Below, one piece after another: positions 27,620 to 40,467 of a stretch of 64,000 nucleotides of DNA. The first letter of the stretch is position 1; each line of letters starts with the position of its first letter. This stretch comes from Octopus vulgaris (lineage: Eukaryota), in NCBI GenBank assembly GCA_951406725.2, contig OX597815.1, positions 45,942,001 through 46,006,000 on the forward strand. Direction: 5' to 3'. The notes beneath the pieces were generated by a model that did no database searches, had not been told where the DNA came from, and worked only from the letters and a program-made list of their open reading frames with translations. The position numbers were made by a program, and so were the translations under genes.

Positions 27620-28017
27620 TCTTTATATATAAAAGTGAAGTTGTGTGTCTATCTCCTACGATTTAGATTCCTAACTACTCCCACATTTTGCGGTGCAGTT
27701 TAACCAAAACCGGGTATCTTATAGTCGTGATTCATATCGAGCCCTTCTGGGTATTAGCGCGCGTCTACGATGAGTCTACGATTTAAAAAAAAATTTACCA
27801 TCATTTTTTTTCCATTTTAATGCATTTTTTTGCTATTATATAAGGGAAGTAACTCTCTAAAAATGTCTACGATGAGTCAACGATTTAAAAAAAATTTACC
27901 ATCATTTTTTCCCCATCTTTAATGCATTTTTTTGCTATTTTTTGGCTATAACTCTCTAAAAATGCTTATATAGTTATTTCCCTTACAAACCCGAGCAACA
28001 CCGGGCGATACTGCTAG
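27620..28017 (+). mobile_element. Non-autonomous Helitron
   Basis: A|TC start, subterminal hairpin CCCGAGCAACACCGGG, CTAG|T end. Near-identical copy at 39112-39411. Confidence 0.9.
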
Positions 28018-28378
28018 TAATCAATAAATAACAATTTGGAGCTGATCATCAGAATTCATGCATCTTTGTTGATACAAGTTTAGTTAGCGACTTGAAGTCA
28101 GAATCAAAACCCAACACTAAAATGAACGATAAAAAGGTATAGACATGGGTGTGCAGTTAAGAAGCTCGCTTTCCAACAGCGTGGTTTCAGGCTCAGTACC
28201 ATCGCGTAGCACCTTGAGCAAGCGTTTTCTGCTATAGCCACGAGTCGACCAATTTCTTGTGAGTGAATTTTGTAGACCATTGTATGTATGTATGTATGTA
28301 TGTATGTATGTATGTATGTATGTATGTATGTATGTATGTATGTATGTATGTGTGTATGTATGTATGTATGTATGTATG

Positions 28379-28429
<51 letters not shown>

Positions 28430-28431
<2 letters not shown>

Positions 28432-28623
28432 CGGGAAGCTTTATGAAAATAAACAAAAGACGAAGGCAGGTGGAATACAAACAAACAATTGTATTAGTAT
28501 GGCGCTCAGGAATATAAATAAAACAAGTCTTTTACGTTTCGTGCCTACGCTCTTCAACAGAAAGATACACAGAAAAGAAACACGGAAAGAAACAAGGAAA
28601 GAAAAAAATCCGTGCAGAAGCTA

Positions 28624-28625
<2 letters not shown>
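28430..28625 (-). mobile_element. Solo Penelope-like terminal segment inserted in (TA)n
   Basis: Nearly identical to 49208-49400, the 3' terminus of the coding PLE. (TA)n on both sides. Contains a hammerhead-like motif. Confidence 0.8.
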
Positions 28626-28669
<44 letters not shown>

Positions 28670-29557
28670 CGTAAACAAACAAAGGAAGTTGGCTTTAGAA
28701 GCGTTGAGATGTCTTAGAAAGTTAAGGATGTGATTTTAAATTCTCAAACGCAGAATGATGCTAATAATATAGCCTGAACAAGATAAGCTACCCTTATTTT
28801 TGCAGAAAAAAGTATTGGCGGCCATATATGCGCACATACACACACGCGCGCGCGCGCACGCACACGTACATATAGGCACGGTCGTGTGGTATGAAGCTAG
28901 CTTCCTAACCACATAGTTCAAAATTCAGTTACTGTACCCTCGGATCGACCAAAGCCTTGTGAATGGATTTGGTAGCCGTAAACATAAAGAAGTCCATCGT
29001 GTGTATATACATACGTGTGTGTGTGTATGTGTCTATATTTGTGTGTGTGCCTTTGTATCTGTCTGTATTTGTCCCTCCATTACCGCTTGGTGTGTTTACG
29101 ACCCCGTAACTTAGCAGTTCGGCCAAAGAGACCAGTAACATTAATGCTAGGCTTAAGAAAATGTCCTAGGATCGGTTTGCTCGACTACAAAAAAAAATCT
29201 CTTCAGGGCGGTGGTCTAGCATGTCCGCAGTCAAATGACTTAAACAAGTAAAAGAATAAAAGAATATATACGGAGTTTTCATTAATTGACGTAACGTAAT
29301 AGGTATGTACCATAATTGCTCAGTTTGGTTTGCCACTAAAATTCTGGTTTGAACAGCAACTGAAAGTGTGATGTTAAGACTGTCTATCAGAGGTGGCTAA
29401 AAGTGGTTTCTCCTTGAGCAGGTAGATCTAGATTAAGGAAAGAAAATTAAGAAGCAAAGCATTTGGTATCACTCGACAAAAACATTTGATTTGGATTCTC
29501 GATCTACATTAAATGTCTTTTCGAGTGATGCTAGATGTTTGGGTTTTTCATTTTTAA

Positions 29558-29636
<79 letters not shown>

Positions 29637-29639
29637 GGG

Positions 29640-29863
29640 CAGGGGTGGGCAAACTACGGCCCGCGGGCCGCATGCGACCCGCCATAGGTTTTCATGCGGC
29701 CCGCCATAGGTTTTCATGCGGCCCGCCGAGGGCTTTTATGAATCCCAACTTCTATGCAGGTACGGTAATTCACAATATTTTCACTTGATTTTTATAAATG
29801 AGGCCTGCCAAGGTTCCAAAGACGCACTGTGCGGCCCGCGATAAAAAAGTTCGCCCACCCCTG
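29640..29863. mobile_element. hAT (Charlie-like) MITE
   Basis: TIRs CAGGGGTGGGCAAACT / AGTTCGCCCACCCCTG. 8-bp TSD ATCTAGGG at 29632-29639 and 29864-29871. Confidence 0.92.
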
Positions 29864-29890
29864 ATCTAGGGTTTTTCATTTTTAACTTTA

Positions 29891-29981
<91 letters not shown>

Positions 29982-30236
29982 CTCTCTCTCTCTCTCTGTA
30001 TACACGCACATAAACACACACACACACACACACATACACACACACAGAGGCGCAGGCGTGGCTGTGTGGTAAGAAGCTTGCTTCTCAGCCACATGACTAT
30101 TGCACGGCACCTTGTGCAAGTGTCTTCTACTATATCCTCGAGCCGACCAAAGTCTTGGGAGTGGATTTGGTGGGTGGAAACTGAAAGAAGCCCTAGTATA
30201 TATATAAATATATATGTGTGTGTGTGTGTATGTATG

Positions 30237-30268
<32 letters not shown>

Positions 30269-30294
30269 TGTATGTATGTATGTATGTATGTATG

Positions 30295-30382
<88 letters not shown>

Positions 30383-31515
30383 CATGTATGTATGTCTTTG
30401 CGTTTGCGTTTTCTCATCACAAACAAAACCACGACGATGACGACGACGACGACCATTGTTTGACAGCTGGTTCTGGGTTATTTAATTTTCCGTAAGATAA
30501 CATTTCGACAAAAGAGATCAACAAAATAATTACCAGATTTAAAAATAAGTTTCAGGAACAATATGTTGGACTGAACCATTTTAAATCGACACTCTGCGTG
30601 GCTGCAGTACCATGACTGAAATAAGTAATTAGTAAAAGGTAACAAATTGAATCATAAAAATATATAAATAAATCCTTAGGAAAACACGGACAGGACTAAA
30701 GGAACGAATTATGATTTTGAGATAAATACACTGTTTCAACAAAGACATTATGAGTTTAAAATCAATTATATTGTCAAATAAACATTAATGTTTGCACATG
30801 CATAGTATATAAGTTTTGTTTATGCGCCAAATTTGTTCGTGATAGCATCCAGAGAAACCTCTCTACACGACACTGAGTATTAAAGAACATTTAAAAACCA
30901 CAGATAAAGCGAGACAGCTGGCTTCTGAATCACCGACAATGGTATATACCGATATTTCGCTATTATTGTGGCTTATCAGTACCGTGCAATCGGATCATCT
31001 CGAAACGAAATGAATCGCTGTTCTGTGACAAAAGAGTGAAATCTATTTGCTGATGTGTAACTGCGTAGTTCACGCGAAAGAAAATTAAATTACGAATTAA
31101 AAGCAACTCTAGTAATGTAAACATCACCGGTCGCCCATACATAGTATTCTTCTTTTATTCTTTTATTTGTTTCTGCCATTTTTCTGCGGCCATGCATGAG
31201 CACCACCTTGAAGTGTTTTTGTCGAAAAATTCGACTCCAGAATTTATCTTTTAAGCCTAGTACTTATTATATCGGTCTCTTTGCCGAACCGCAAGATTAC
31301 GGGGAGGTAAACACAACAACACCAGTTGTCAAACGGTGATGGGGGAGATAAACACAGACCCAAAGACACACATAAATGTAAATCGACGGGCTTCTTTCAG
31401 TTTCCGTCTACCAAATCCACTCAGAAGGCTTTGGTCGGCTATAGTTGAAGACACTTGCCCAAGCTGCTACGCAATGGGACCGAACCCGGAACCATGTGGT
31501 TGGGAAGCAAGCTCC

Positions 31516-33223
31516 TTTATTTTATGAAATTGGCTATGAAAGCCTTACATAGAGGGGACACCGAATGGGAAAATGGATTAATATAATGAAAGATGAAACG
31601 AAACCGTTCGGCTCCACCTTCGAGCGACTTCATTGTACCTGTTGATACCACCTTTTTTTAAAAACTAGTTTATAATGCTTTTTTTTTACCTTTTTAACGA
31701 CAGCTTATTACCATCCTTCCGAAGAATGTTTACATTGTATTTTTTAAAAATATCCTGAAAACTTACTTGTTTCGGCATTGAGCTGGTGACCAATTTCTTG
31801 ACTCAACACCTACAGTCTTGATTTTCCTCACAGTACTTCAATTCTGACATATTCTGCGTCTGCCACTACACAACGAATATACTTGGGCATCTCCTTCACT
31901 CCTGATACATCCACTTTTGTAGCATTGTCCCATAAGTCTATTTTGTCATATAGTTCTTCGTTTTCGCCATTGTACAATATAATATGTTTTTTCAAGGGCG
32001 AAGGTGAGGAAATTTGGGACTCCTGTGTGCTTGTGTTTGTCTTCATGTCAGGTGGAGCATGGAGAGGGCTGGTATCTGTAAGGGGTGGTTGGGGTAAAGT
32101 GGATGTGGGATGGGGGTCGTCCTTTACAGCGTGTGCCCTTTTTCTCTTTCTTCTCTTTCTCCCAGCTCTTTCCCATTCATTGTCCATCTGGTCTTCGTCT
32201 GTGGTGCCGCTTCACTCTCCTTTTCCTCAACCTCCACGGGCTGTGGAGCACCAGCCACTTTCTCACTTTCTTGCCTCTCCTTAGCCTTCACAGGTGGTGG
32301 AGGACAATCCACTCTAATGTGTCCTTTCAGGCCACATTTCAGCACCACGGAATCCTCTCTTCCACTCTGACTTTCAGTGTTACGTCTCTGACCGTAATTG
32401 TTTTCACCATATTTTCGATATCTTCCACGGCAACCTATACCACCAGATCAAGGCTTTGCCCTTGCCAGTTCCTGTGGGGTATTCTGGTGGCCTGGAGGAC
32501 CACCACTTCTCCTCCATGCCTAGCAGTATGGCAGCTACCAGCCAGGCTACATCCACTTCTGGGGTATGTCTTCTACTCTAACCCTGGGGGCACGTCTCCT
32601 AGGTTATACGGGTAGAGGCACCATTTCATCAGTTCTCAACAGTGATAGTTTCCATCCTGGCAGTAGCCACCTTCCGAAACCGCACCTCCACTGTTCCAAA
32701 TTTTCTACTTCTGGCGAGGTAGGTAATACCCTGCCAGATTGGTTTAAGTACCTTTTCCACTTGAGCCGTTGACATGACTTCAATCTTCTTGGCTGCTACC
32801 GAGTATGTTCTGTAAATTAAAGTTTTCTCATTTTTTCTTTTAACACTTCTTTGGGTGGGGTGGGGGAACATCTTCACTTCGTTCCTCTCTCTTTTAATAA
32901 TTTCCTTGTATTTGCTTATATCCCCCAGCTTCTTTCTTTCGTCGCCTCTGCATAATTTTTCGTCTCCATTGCTTCATCTATCCTCTTCAAACACTCCACC
33001 ATTTCTTTCTCAGACGACACAAAGTCTGAAGAAGGATAGTTCACAAAATTTGAAGAAGAATAATTCAAATTTTCGCAACTCCTCACCCGACGCCCCTCCA
33101 TTAAACAAGAAAGAAAACGTCACAGCGCTAAAACAGCAAAACAAAAAACAAAAAAAAGAAACAAAAACAAAAAACACGTATGTTACTTGCAAAACCAACA
33201 ATTCAGCTAGCAAACGCTATACT
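31516..33223 (-). mobile_element. ORF1-only (HAL1-like) L1/Tx1-related retroelement, decayed, inserted in a SINE
   Basis: Frameshifted gag/ORF1-like frame ~33000-31828, including RM..IT..RSRKFGTVEVRF and zinc knuckle PWC..KCGLKGHIRVDC (CX2CX4HX4C). Only ~310 bp separate the stop from the AATAAA end, leaving no room for an RT. Splits a family-A SINE, with GGAAGCA on both sides (31503-31509, 33224-33230). Confidence 0.7.
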
Positions 33224-33318
33224 GGAAGCAACACAATTATGCCTGTATATGTGTTTGTTTAATAATGTTAACTCACTTCCCGTTCATGCAACTTCAGGAC
33301 ACTCACTTTGAGTAAATA

Positions 33319-33839
33319 CCGTAAATCCTCGAGTATAATCCGCATTTTATTCCCAAAATTTAAAGGTCAAAATCTCTAGTGCGTACTATATACAAGGTTA
33401 AAATGAAAAATATTTCCTAAGCAATGTCCGAGTCTCTATTTGCTGTCCGGCAATATTTATTCAGACGCATTTTGTGATGTCGGGCTCGAAAAGGCCTTAA
33501 GCTAAACCTGAAAGCAATGAAGTCATAAAAGAATCACCCATAACTTGCAGTAAGCAACATTTATTAAAATAAAAGTATTCAGAACACAGAATAACATGTA
33601 ACAAAAACAATTTGCAAACATATTTACATTTCCATATAACAGTTAAAAACATCACCATTATTGTATTACGCATGCACGGAAGTGTTTGTTCGACTAGGTG
33701 CTGATGGCTTAATTACGCACGACTCAAGTTAGAGAAGGGGTGCGTATTATTCACAAGGTTTAGGTTTTTCAGAGGTACAGCCCCTTAAAAATCCCCTGCG
33801 TATTATACTCAAGGGCGGACTATACTCAAGGATTTACGG
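33319..33839. mobile_element. Tc2/pogo-type MITE
   Basis: TIRs CCGTAAATCCTCGAGTATAATCCGC / GCGGACTATACTCAAGGATTTACGG, with TA on both sides. Confidence 0.9.
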
Positions 33840-34640
33840 TAGTTTAATCTTCATTTACCCAGGCTATTTGTGACTTGCCTTGCTTTGCTATGGCACTTCG
33901 AGTCCTGACGGAGACGTAACGCAATGCTATCGCGGCATACTGTGAGTCTTTTGCATTTTGAAACCCATTCCTCTTCCTGTGTGGTCATGGTTAAAAGGAA
34001 AGTGGTGGGGTGGGGGAGAGAAAGAAAGAAAGACAGAGAGAAAGAAACAATCGAGGCAAAGAGCTAGTGCTTTATTTTGCAACCACAAAATGAAAAGAGA
34101 TAAAATGATCTTGACGGGATTTGATCTTATTGTACAGCAGCCGGGATGATTGCTGCAAAACATTCTACGCGCTATTCTGATGGCTGTATGATTTCACCAC
34201 CTTCATTTATGGCCATAGTCTCTTAGATAGTTAGATTTAGGTTTCTTAAGTGGTGTGTCTAGGGTCGCTTCTTTCTGTTTCACAGCAATTAAGTAAGATT
34301 AAGTGATGGATTTCAATAGACTTTCATTAACATTCGATCCAATAAATCTAAAATTTCAACGCATGAAGCTTCACGTGGTCAGTTCACCTTCTAGAAATAG
34401 CAATCAAATATAACCTCCCTCCCCCTCTCTCTCCCTCACACACACACACACAAACACACACGCACACACACATAACCAAGAGCCTTGAAAAGGGAAGGAA
34501 GTAGCAGACAATATATTCGTGGTTAGACAGACACAATGGTCACGGATGGGTTGCCTTTTGTTATAGATCTGTTCTATCAAGACTGACCAAGAGGTAAGCA
34601 ACGACGACGTCAAGAAATACTATAGTTACTGATGTTGTTG

Positions 34641-34686
<46 letters not shown>

Positions 34687-35175
34687 GTCTACTATTGCTA
34701 CTACTATTACTACTACCTCAACAATTTAAAAATCTTTGAAACTATAGGTCGTGAGAAAGCTGAAGTATGGGTTTCCAATTTTTGTATTATTTTATTTATT
34801 TGTTTACGATATAACCTGAATGAGACAGCCAAAGATTAGTTTTTCTAGTGACAGAGTATTTGTCTCCGATTTTGGCACAAGGTCAGAAATATTAGAGGGA
34901 GTGGTTTAGTCAAGTACATTGACTTCAGTACTCAGTAGGTGCTTATTTTACTGGCCTTGAGAGGGATGACAGGCAAAATCAACTGCGACAGAATTTGAAC
35001 CCAGACCGTAAAGAGTGAGAAGAAACGCCTCTAATCATTGCGTCCGGTGCGCTAATGGTTCTGCCAGCTCACCGCCTCTCAGCGCCAGAATATTAAGGAA
35101 AACGTTTTCTATTGAGTCGATGAAGAATCAGTTTTGCATATAAAGAACACAAGATATAAATAAGTGTATCTAAAG

Positions 35176-35345
35176 CAGTGGTTCTCAACCGGGGTCCATA
35201 TGGCCCTTAGGGTTCCATATGGCCCTTAGGGTTCCATATGGCCCTTAGGGTTCCATATGGCCCTTAGGGTTCCATATGACCCTTAGGGTTCCATATGGCC
35301 CTTAGGGGTCCATATACCCCTTACGGGTCCATATAAGATTTTGTC
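35176..35345 (+). mobile_element. hAT MITE left end with an expanded 19-bp minisatellite
   Basis: CAGTGGTTCTCAACC start, related to the 27105 element, then about 7.5 copies of GGGTTCCATATGGCCCTTA at 35191-35333. Confidence 0.75.
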
Positions 35346-35836
35346 ATGAGAATTTATATGCAATAAACTAGTTAATATAGGCGCAGGCGTGGCTGTGTGG
35401 TATGAAGCTTGCTTCTCAACCACATAGTTCCGGGTTCACTCCCTGTGCATGGAATCTTGGGCAAAAGCCTTCTACTATAGTCTCAAGCCGACCAAAGTCA
35501 TGTGAGTAGACTTGGTTAAAGGAAACTGAAAGAAACCCGTCGTATATACATACATATTGATATATAGATACATACATATTGATATATTCATGCAATGCAT
35601 ACGACAGCACAACTGCAAGTCTTGGGCTATTAGTTGATTGGCCACAATCATTCTCTGATAACTTTATTGATAAAGCGTGATTGTGTCACAAAGGTTGCGA
35701 CATGCGATAATGACGGTAGTGTTGAGAAGACCGTATAGTAACTAATCAAAGCAAATATGATTTATGCCTGAGGATTATTGTGTCGTGTTGCGATGTTGTC
35801 AGACAAACGTTATTCAGACTGAACGAGTCGGTTATA

Positions 35837-36213
35837 CACTACCGTCAGAAATTAATTAGCACCCTTGATTTGCTCTTCACTCAAGGTATGTGCTGTCACC
35901 TAGTGGCCATATCTCGAACTATTGCTTTGTTGCGAGTTCACTGTTGCGCAGAACGATGACGTAACTTTGTTTGCAGAGCAGTTTGAGAGTCTACAGCCTT
36001 ATGATGTTGACATAGCAGTGCAACAAATTGGAGTGCGGATGCAGACAAATCTTCCTTTGTTTAATAGATATAGGTAGCGCCTCGCAAGGACCGAAATCAC
36101 ACCATACTAAGTTTTCTCATCGCGTAAGACGTTTTGAACAGCTCATAGGTTAATTGATTCAACCTATTTAATGTAGAAATTTGAGAAGTGCTAATTAATT
36201 TCTGACGCAAGTG
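35837..36213. mobile_element. Tc1/mariner-type MITE
   Basis: TIRs CACTACCGTCAGAAATTAATTAGCAC / GTGCTAATTAATTTCTGACGCAAGTG, with TA on both sides. Confidence 0.88.
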
Positions 36214-38429
36214 TATATGCTAAAAGTCGAAAGATTTTTTTATTAACGAATAGCTTATCGCAACTATACTACTGAATCAACATAGAAGTTATTGGTTCGA
36301 TTTCAAATGAGATACTCCCAGCTTTTCTTTTTTACGTTCATGTTTTACTTCCATGTTTTTGTTGTGTCAGGTGAGGGTAATTACACCAACAATTCTTTCT
36401 AATTTTGGCGCAAGGTAGCAATTTGGTGGGGAGGGAAACGTCAATTAGATCGATCCCAGTACTTGACTGGTTCTTATTTTATCGACTCCGAAAGGATGAA
36501 AGGCAAAATCAACCTTCGTAAAATCAGAATTTGAACTCAGAACATACAAAAGCGGATGAAATGTCACAAAGTATTTTGTCCGATGCCCAAGGTGTTTTCC
36601 ATTGGCTGAAATTTCAAATTTTTAAGGTTTGTCACTTTTTTATTGCGAAGTTCAGTTAAAAACGAATGTAATTTTTGTCACTCACATTCAAATCTGCTCA
36701 GTTTAAAAATAAACAAAAGATAGGATGGTGCAAACGCAATCACAATGGTCTGTTTAGATGTTTAACCGGGTTGTCCTCCGTTTATGCTATTTTACCAACC
36801 TATGCGACTGTTCAACATGGTAGAAATAACAACCAAACTTTCCTGAAATTATACTTTCGGTTTCGAAAAAGAGGAACAATTTGGATAATGTAGTAGAACA
36901 TATTTATACAAGGGACTGGAATGGTCATAGTTGGAATCGCTTTGATCATAAATCTACTCGATCAGAGCTAACTTAGTGCTGAAAGACAACACATTAGCTA
37001 TACAGATAATGCTAAGTCTTGGAAATAATTCTGTGTTTAGATGTCGAACATATAAGGCAGCTGTATTGTAGCTTCGATGATAATATAATATCATGAGAGT
37101 GCTTGACAAATAGAACATTTAATATATCGGATTTGCATTCTCTTGTCTGGTGACTTCATTTGAGATTGTGTGTTAGACAATAAAACAATTCCACTGGGAA
37201 AGAGTTAAATACAATTATTTGAAGCACCCAAATTTTAACTTTTGTCTTATCGTGGTGAAAATGTCACATACTTTAAAGTTTTAAATATTTTCGTCGTACA
37301 TCTGCGCTCTACTTAGTGATTTCAATTCCATTCCGACCTAGTACAACTGTATCAATGAGAATGTCGTATTATACATTTTCGAACAGTGGTACATTTGTGT
37401 TTTAAATAGCTATCATATTTTCATGATGTGAAACATTTAATATGATTCTTTTAAAAGATATTTGTAAAACCTTATGAGAAATAAAAAGAAAAAAATCTTC
37501 AGATATCACAAAATATAATATATTGTAATTCTCGTGAAATTCAATAAAAGTATTCCTTACATTTACCTAAAATTTAATATAAATCACTTTTAGCAAATTC
37601 CTTTACCCTCTTAAATTTTTAATATTACTGGTGGTATTTCAACGGCTATTTAATATCAGAATACCGTTTCAATGCACAGAGAACACAATACTGAATCGTA
37701 ATATTGCTTCATAATTTATCGGCAGCCGCAGCAAAACGTTACGAGAGTTATCTATAAAAGATAGACAAAAGAAAAGAGACGTCAGATATTTCGTAGTGAA
37801 GCATGATAATTCATTTGGACAGAACAATTTGGCGTAAGGATTAGTTTGGGTGAGTTTTTAGTAAAATGTCGTGATGAACCACTCAATCTTTGCAAGCCTG
37901 TTTACAAATATGTACAAAGTGGTCAAATTAAGACCCAAATTAAGACCATAGAATCCTTTGACTGAGAACTAGTAATGTAGCGAGAATGGCTAGTTGAAGA
38001 AATAGGGATTGTAGACTCTTGAAGACTATTTTTTTAGCCACGTTATATTTAAAGTGTCCTGACTGATTCTCTTACACTCATAGAATATGGGCACAGACGT
38101 GGCTTTGTGGTAAGGAGTTTGCTTCTCCACCACATTGTGCTAGGTTCAATCCCACTGTGTGGCACCTTGGGCTAGTGACTTCCACTATAGCCTCTGGGCC
38201 GACCAAAGCTTTATGTGTAGACTTGGAAGCCGGATACTGAAAGAAACCCATCTCTCTCCTTGTTTCTTTCTGTGTTCCTTTCTGTGGAAGAGCGTAGGCT
38301 CGAAACGTTAAACACTTTTTTCACTTCCCGAGCGTTATACTAATACATCTATTTGTTGTCTACACCACCAGTCTCCGTCTTTTTTTTTGTGAATTATCCC
38401 CTCCCCCATATATATATATATATATCATG

Positions 38430-38647
38430 CAGAGGGTGCAAATGTAGGTATACAGTTATGAAAAAAAAAAAATTATTTTTATCTAAAAAAAAAAAATTGA
38501 GTTACGATAAAAATATTATTATAGTTACGATACATGCATTATTATGATTAATGACACTGAAAATATCAAAAATGAGGTTAACTTTTAATTTTCTTGATAA
38601 AAATACATGAATGTTGCACGTGTTTTCTTTTACTTTTGCACTCCCTG
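38430..38647. mobile_element. Decayed Tc1/mariner-type MITE
   Basis: Imperfect TIRs CAGAGGGTGCAAATGTA / TACTTTTGCACTCCCTG. Confidence 0.5.
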
Positions 38648-39111
38648 TGTGTGTATGTATATATATATATACATATATGCATGTGTGTGTGTATGTTTGT
38701 CCCCCCCACTTGACAACCGGTGTTGGTGTGCTTACGTCCCTGTAACTTAGGTGTTCAGCAAAAGAAAACGATAAAATAAGTGCTAAGCTTAAAAAGTAAG
38801 TACAGGGGCCTATTCATTCGGCTAAAATTCTTCAAGGTGGTATCCCAGCATGGCTGCAGTCCAATGACTGAAGCAAGCAAAGGATAAAATATATCAATTT
38901 GGGACACAGATGGGAACGATGCTATTTTTCAAACACTGGTGTTCATTTATATTTCAAGATAATGCTCAAAACATCTGATTAGGGGTTCACATACGGCAAT
39001 GTGTAGAAATACGCCTTCTGGGGCCCCGACCTGGAGCTGGAGCATTGCCTAAGGGAAGCGTACAGTCTGGTCTGGGAGGAGGAGCTTTGTGTATAGTATT
39101 TATATATATTA

Positions 39112-39411
39112 CTAGCAGTATCGCCCGGCGTTGCTCGGGTTTGTAAGGGAAATAAGTATATAAGCATTTTTAGAGAGTTACTTCCCTTATATAATAGCAA
39201 AAAAATGCATTAAAATGGAATAAAAAATGATGTTAAATTATTTTTAAAATCGTAGACTCATCGTAGACGGGCGCTAATACTCAGAAGGGCTCGATATGAA
39301 TCACGACTATAAGATACCCGCTTTTGGTTAAACTGCACCGCAAAATGTGGGAGTAGTTAGGAATCTAAATTGTAGGAGACAGACACACAACTTCACTTTT
39401 ATATATAAAGA
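39112..39411 (-). mobile_element. Non-autonomous Helitron (same family as 27620-28017)
   Basis: Reverse complement of the 27620 element with A|TC and CTAG|T termini. Lacks its internal duplication. Confidence 0.9.
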
Positions 39412-40099
39412 TATGTAATTATTGAACTATGTTGTTGTTTGTAATGGACTGTTAAGTCCAAAAATTGAAAAGTTGTAAAAGTTGTAAGAGGTTTAATACC
39501 TCGTTTTGTGTTTGGTTTTAAAGAACAATGTTTTAGAGAAGCAAAAGTCAGCGGGCGCTTTTTGTCTTCTCCCATTCTTATCATCTTTGTTTCATTGTCA
39601 TTCATTTCATTTATGTCCTTGTCCAACAAAGCTACTTTACTCTGTGTACTGCCTTTATGGCAAATATAATGAAATAATGTGTAGAAATACGTAAGAAACA
39701 AAATGTTTTTGACTAACGTTACAAATATCGTCAACGATAAGACGACCACCTGTATAACATAAGCCAAAGAATGAGCCCTTACATGGCCTTTTGACTTGCT
39801 AGATATTGTAGGCAGTCATACTATACTGTTTTGAAAAATAAGGAAAACCGTATTGGATAATGTACTTTGAGATATCTGAAAAGACGGGATGGTCACGGTT
39901 AGAAACCTTTCCTCATGGATCTGCTTTATGAAGGATGATCTAAAGATAAGCAACAACAAATATATAACAACAATTGCACGATGTGTTACTGTTATAACCA
40001 ATCGGGTGCGGCATTTACATACTATTTAGACCTGTTAGAAATAGCAGTCAAATCTTACAGAAATCTCTCTTCTGATTTGAAAGTTGAGAGGCAAAAACA

Positions 40100-40378
40100 G
40101 TCTTCCACAAAGGCTTTAGCTCTCTTGAGAAGCGTCTGTGGCGCTGGTATGACATCGCCCCCAACACGAAAATAGAGGTATATAGTGCTGCTGTGCTCCT
40201 TTGCCTCTCGTATGCCACGGAATGCATGGCCCTCTAGCGCAGGTACATCAAAGGTCCTGACGCTAGTTTAACTTCATCATCTGCTCACCATCTTGTATAT
40301 CAGATTGCAAGATCATCGCATTCCTGATGTAGAGGTCTTGCGTCGCGTTGACGCAGTTATTGTGGAGGCCCTCATTAC

Positions 40379-40380
<2 letters not shown>
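40100..40380 (+). mobile_element. RTE/BovB-like LINE ORF fragment
   Basis: GFSSLEKRLWRWYDIAPNTKIEVYSAAVLLCLSYATE...ILYIRLQD..IPDVEVLRR matches the RTE post-RT pattern TK..VY.A.VL..LLY..E...IL.I.WQD.I...EVL.R. Confidence 0.75.

Positions 40381-40467
<87 letters not shown>

Noticed and set aside
35191-35333. Regular short repeats resembling a CRISPR array
   Set aside because: Head-to-tail repeats with no unique spacers, eukaryotic context, no cas genes. The same applies to 56528-56589.
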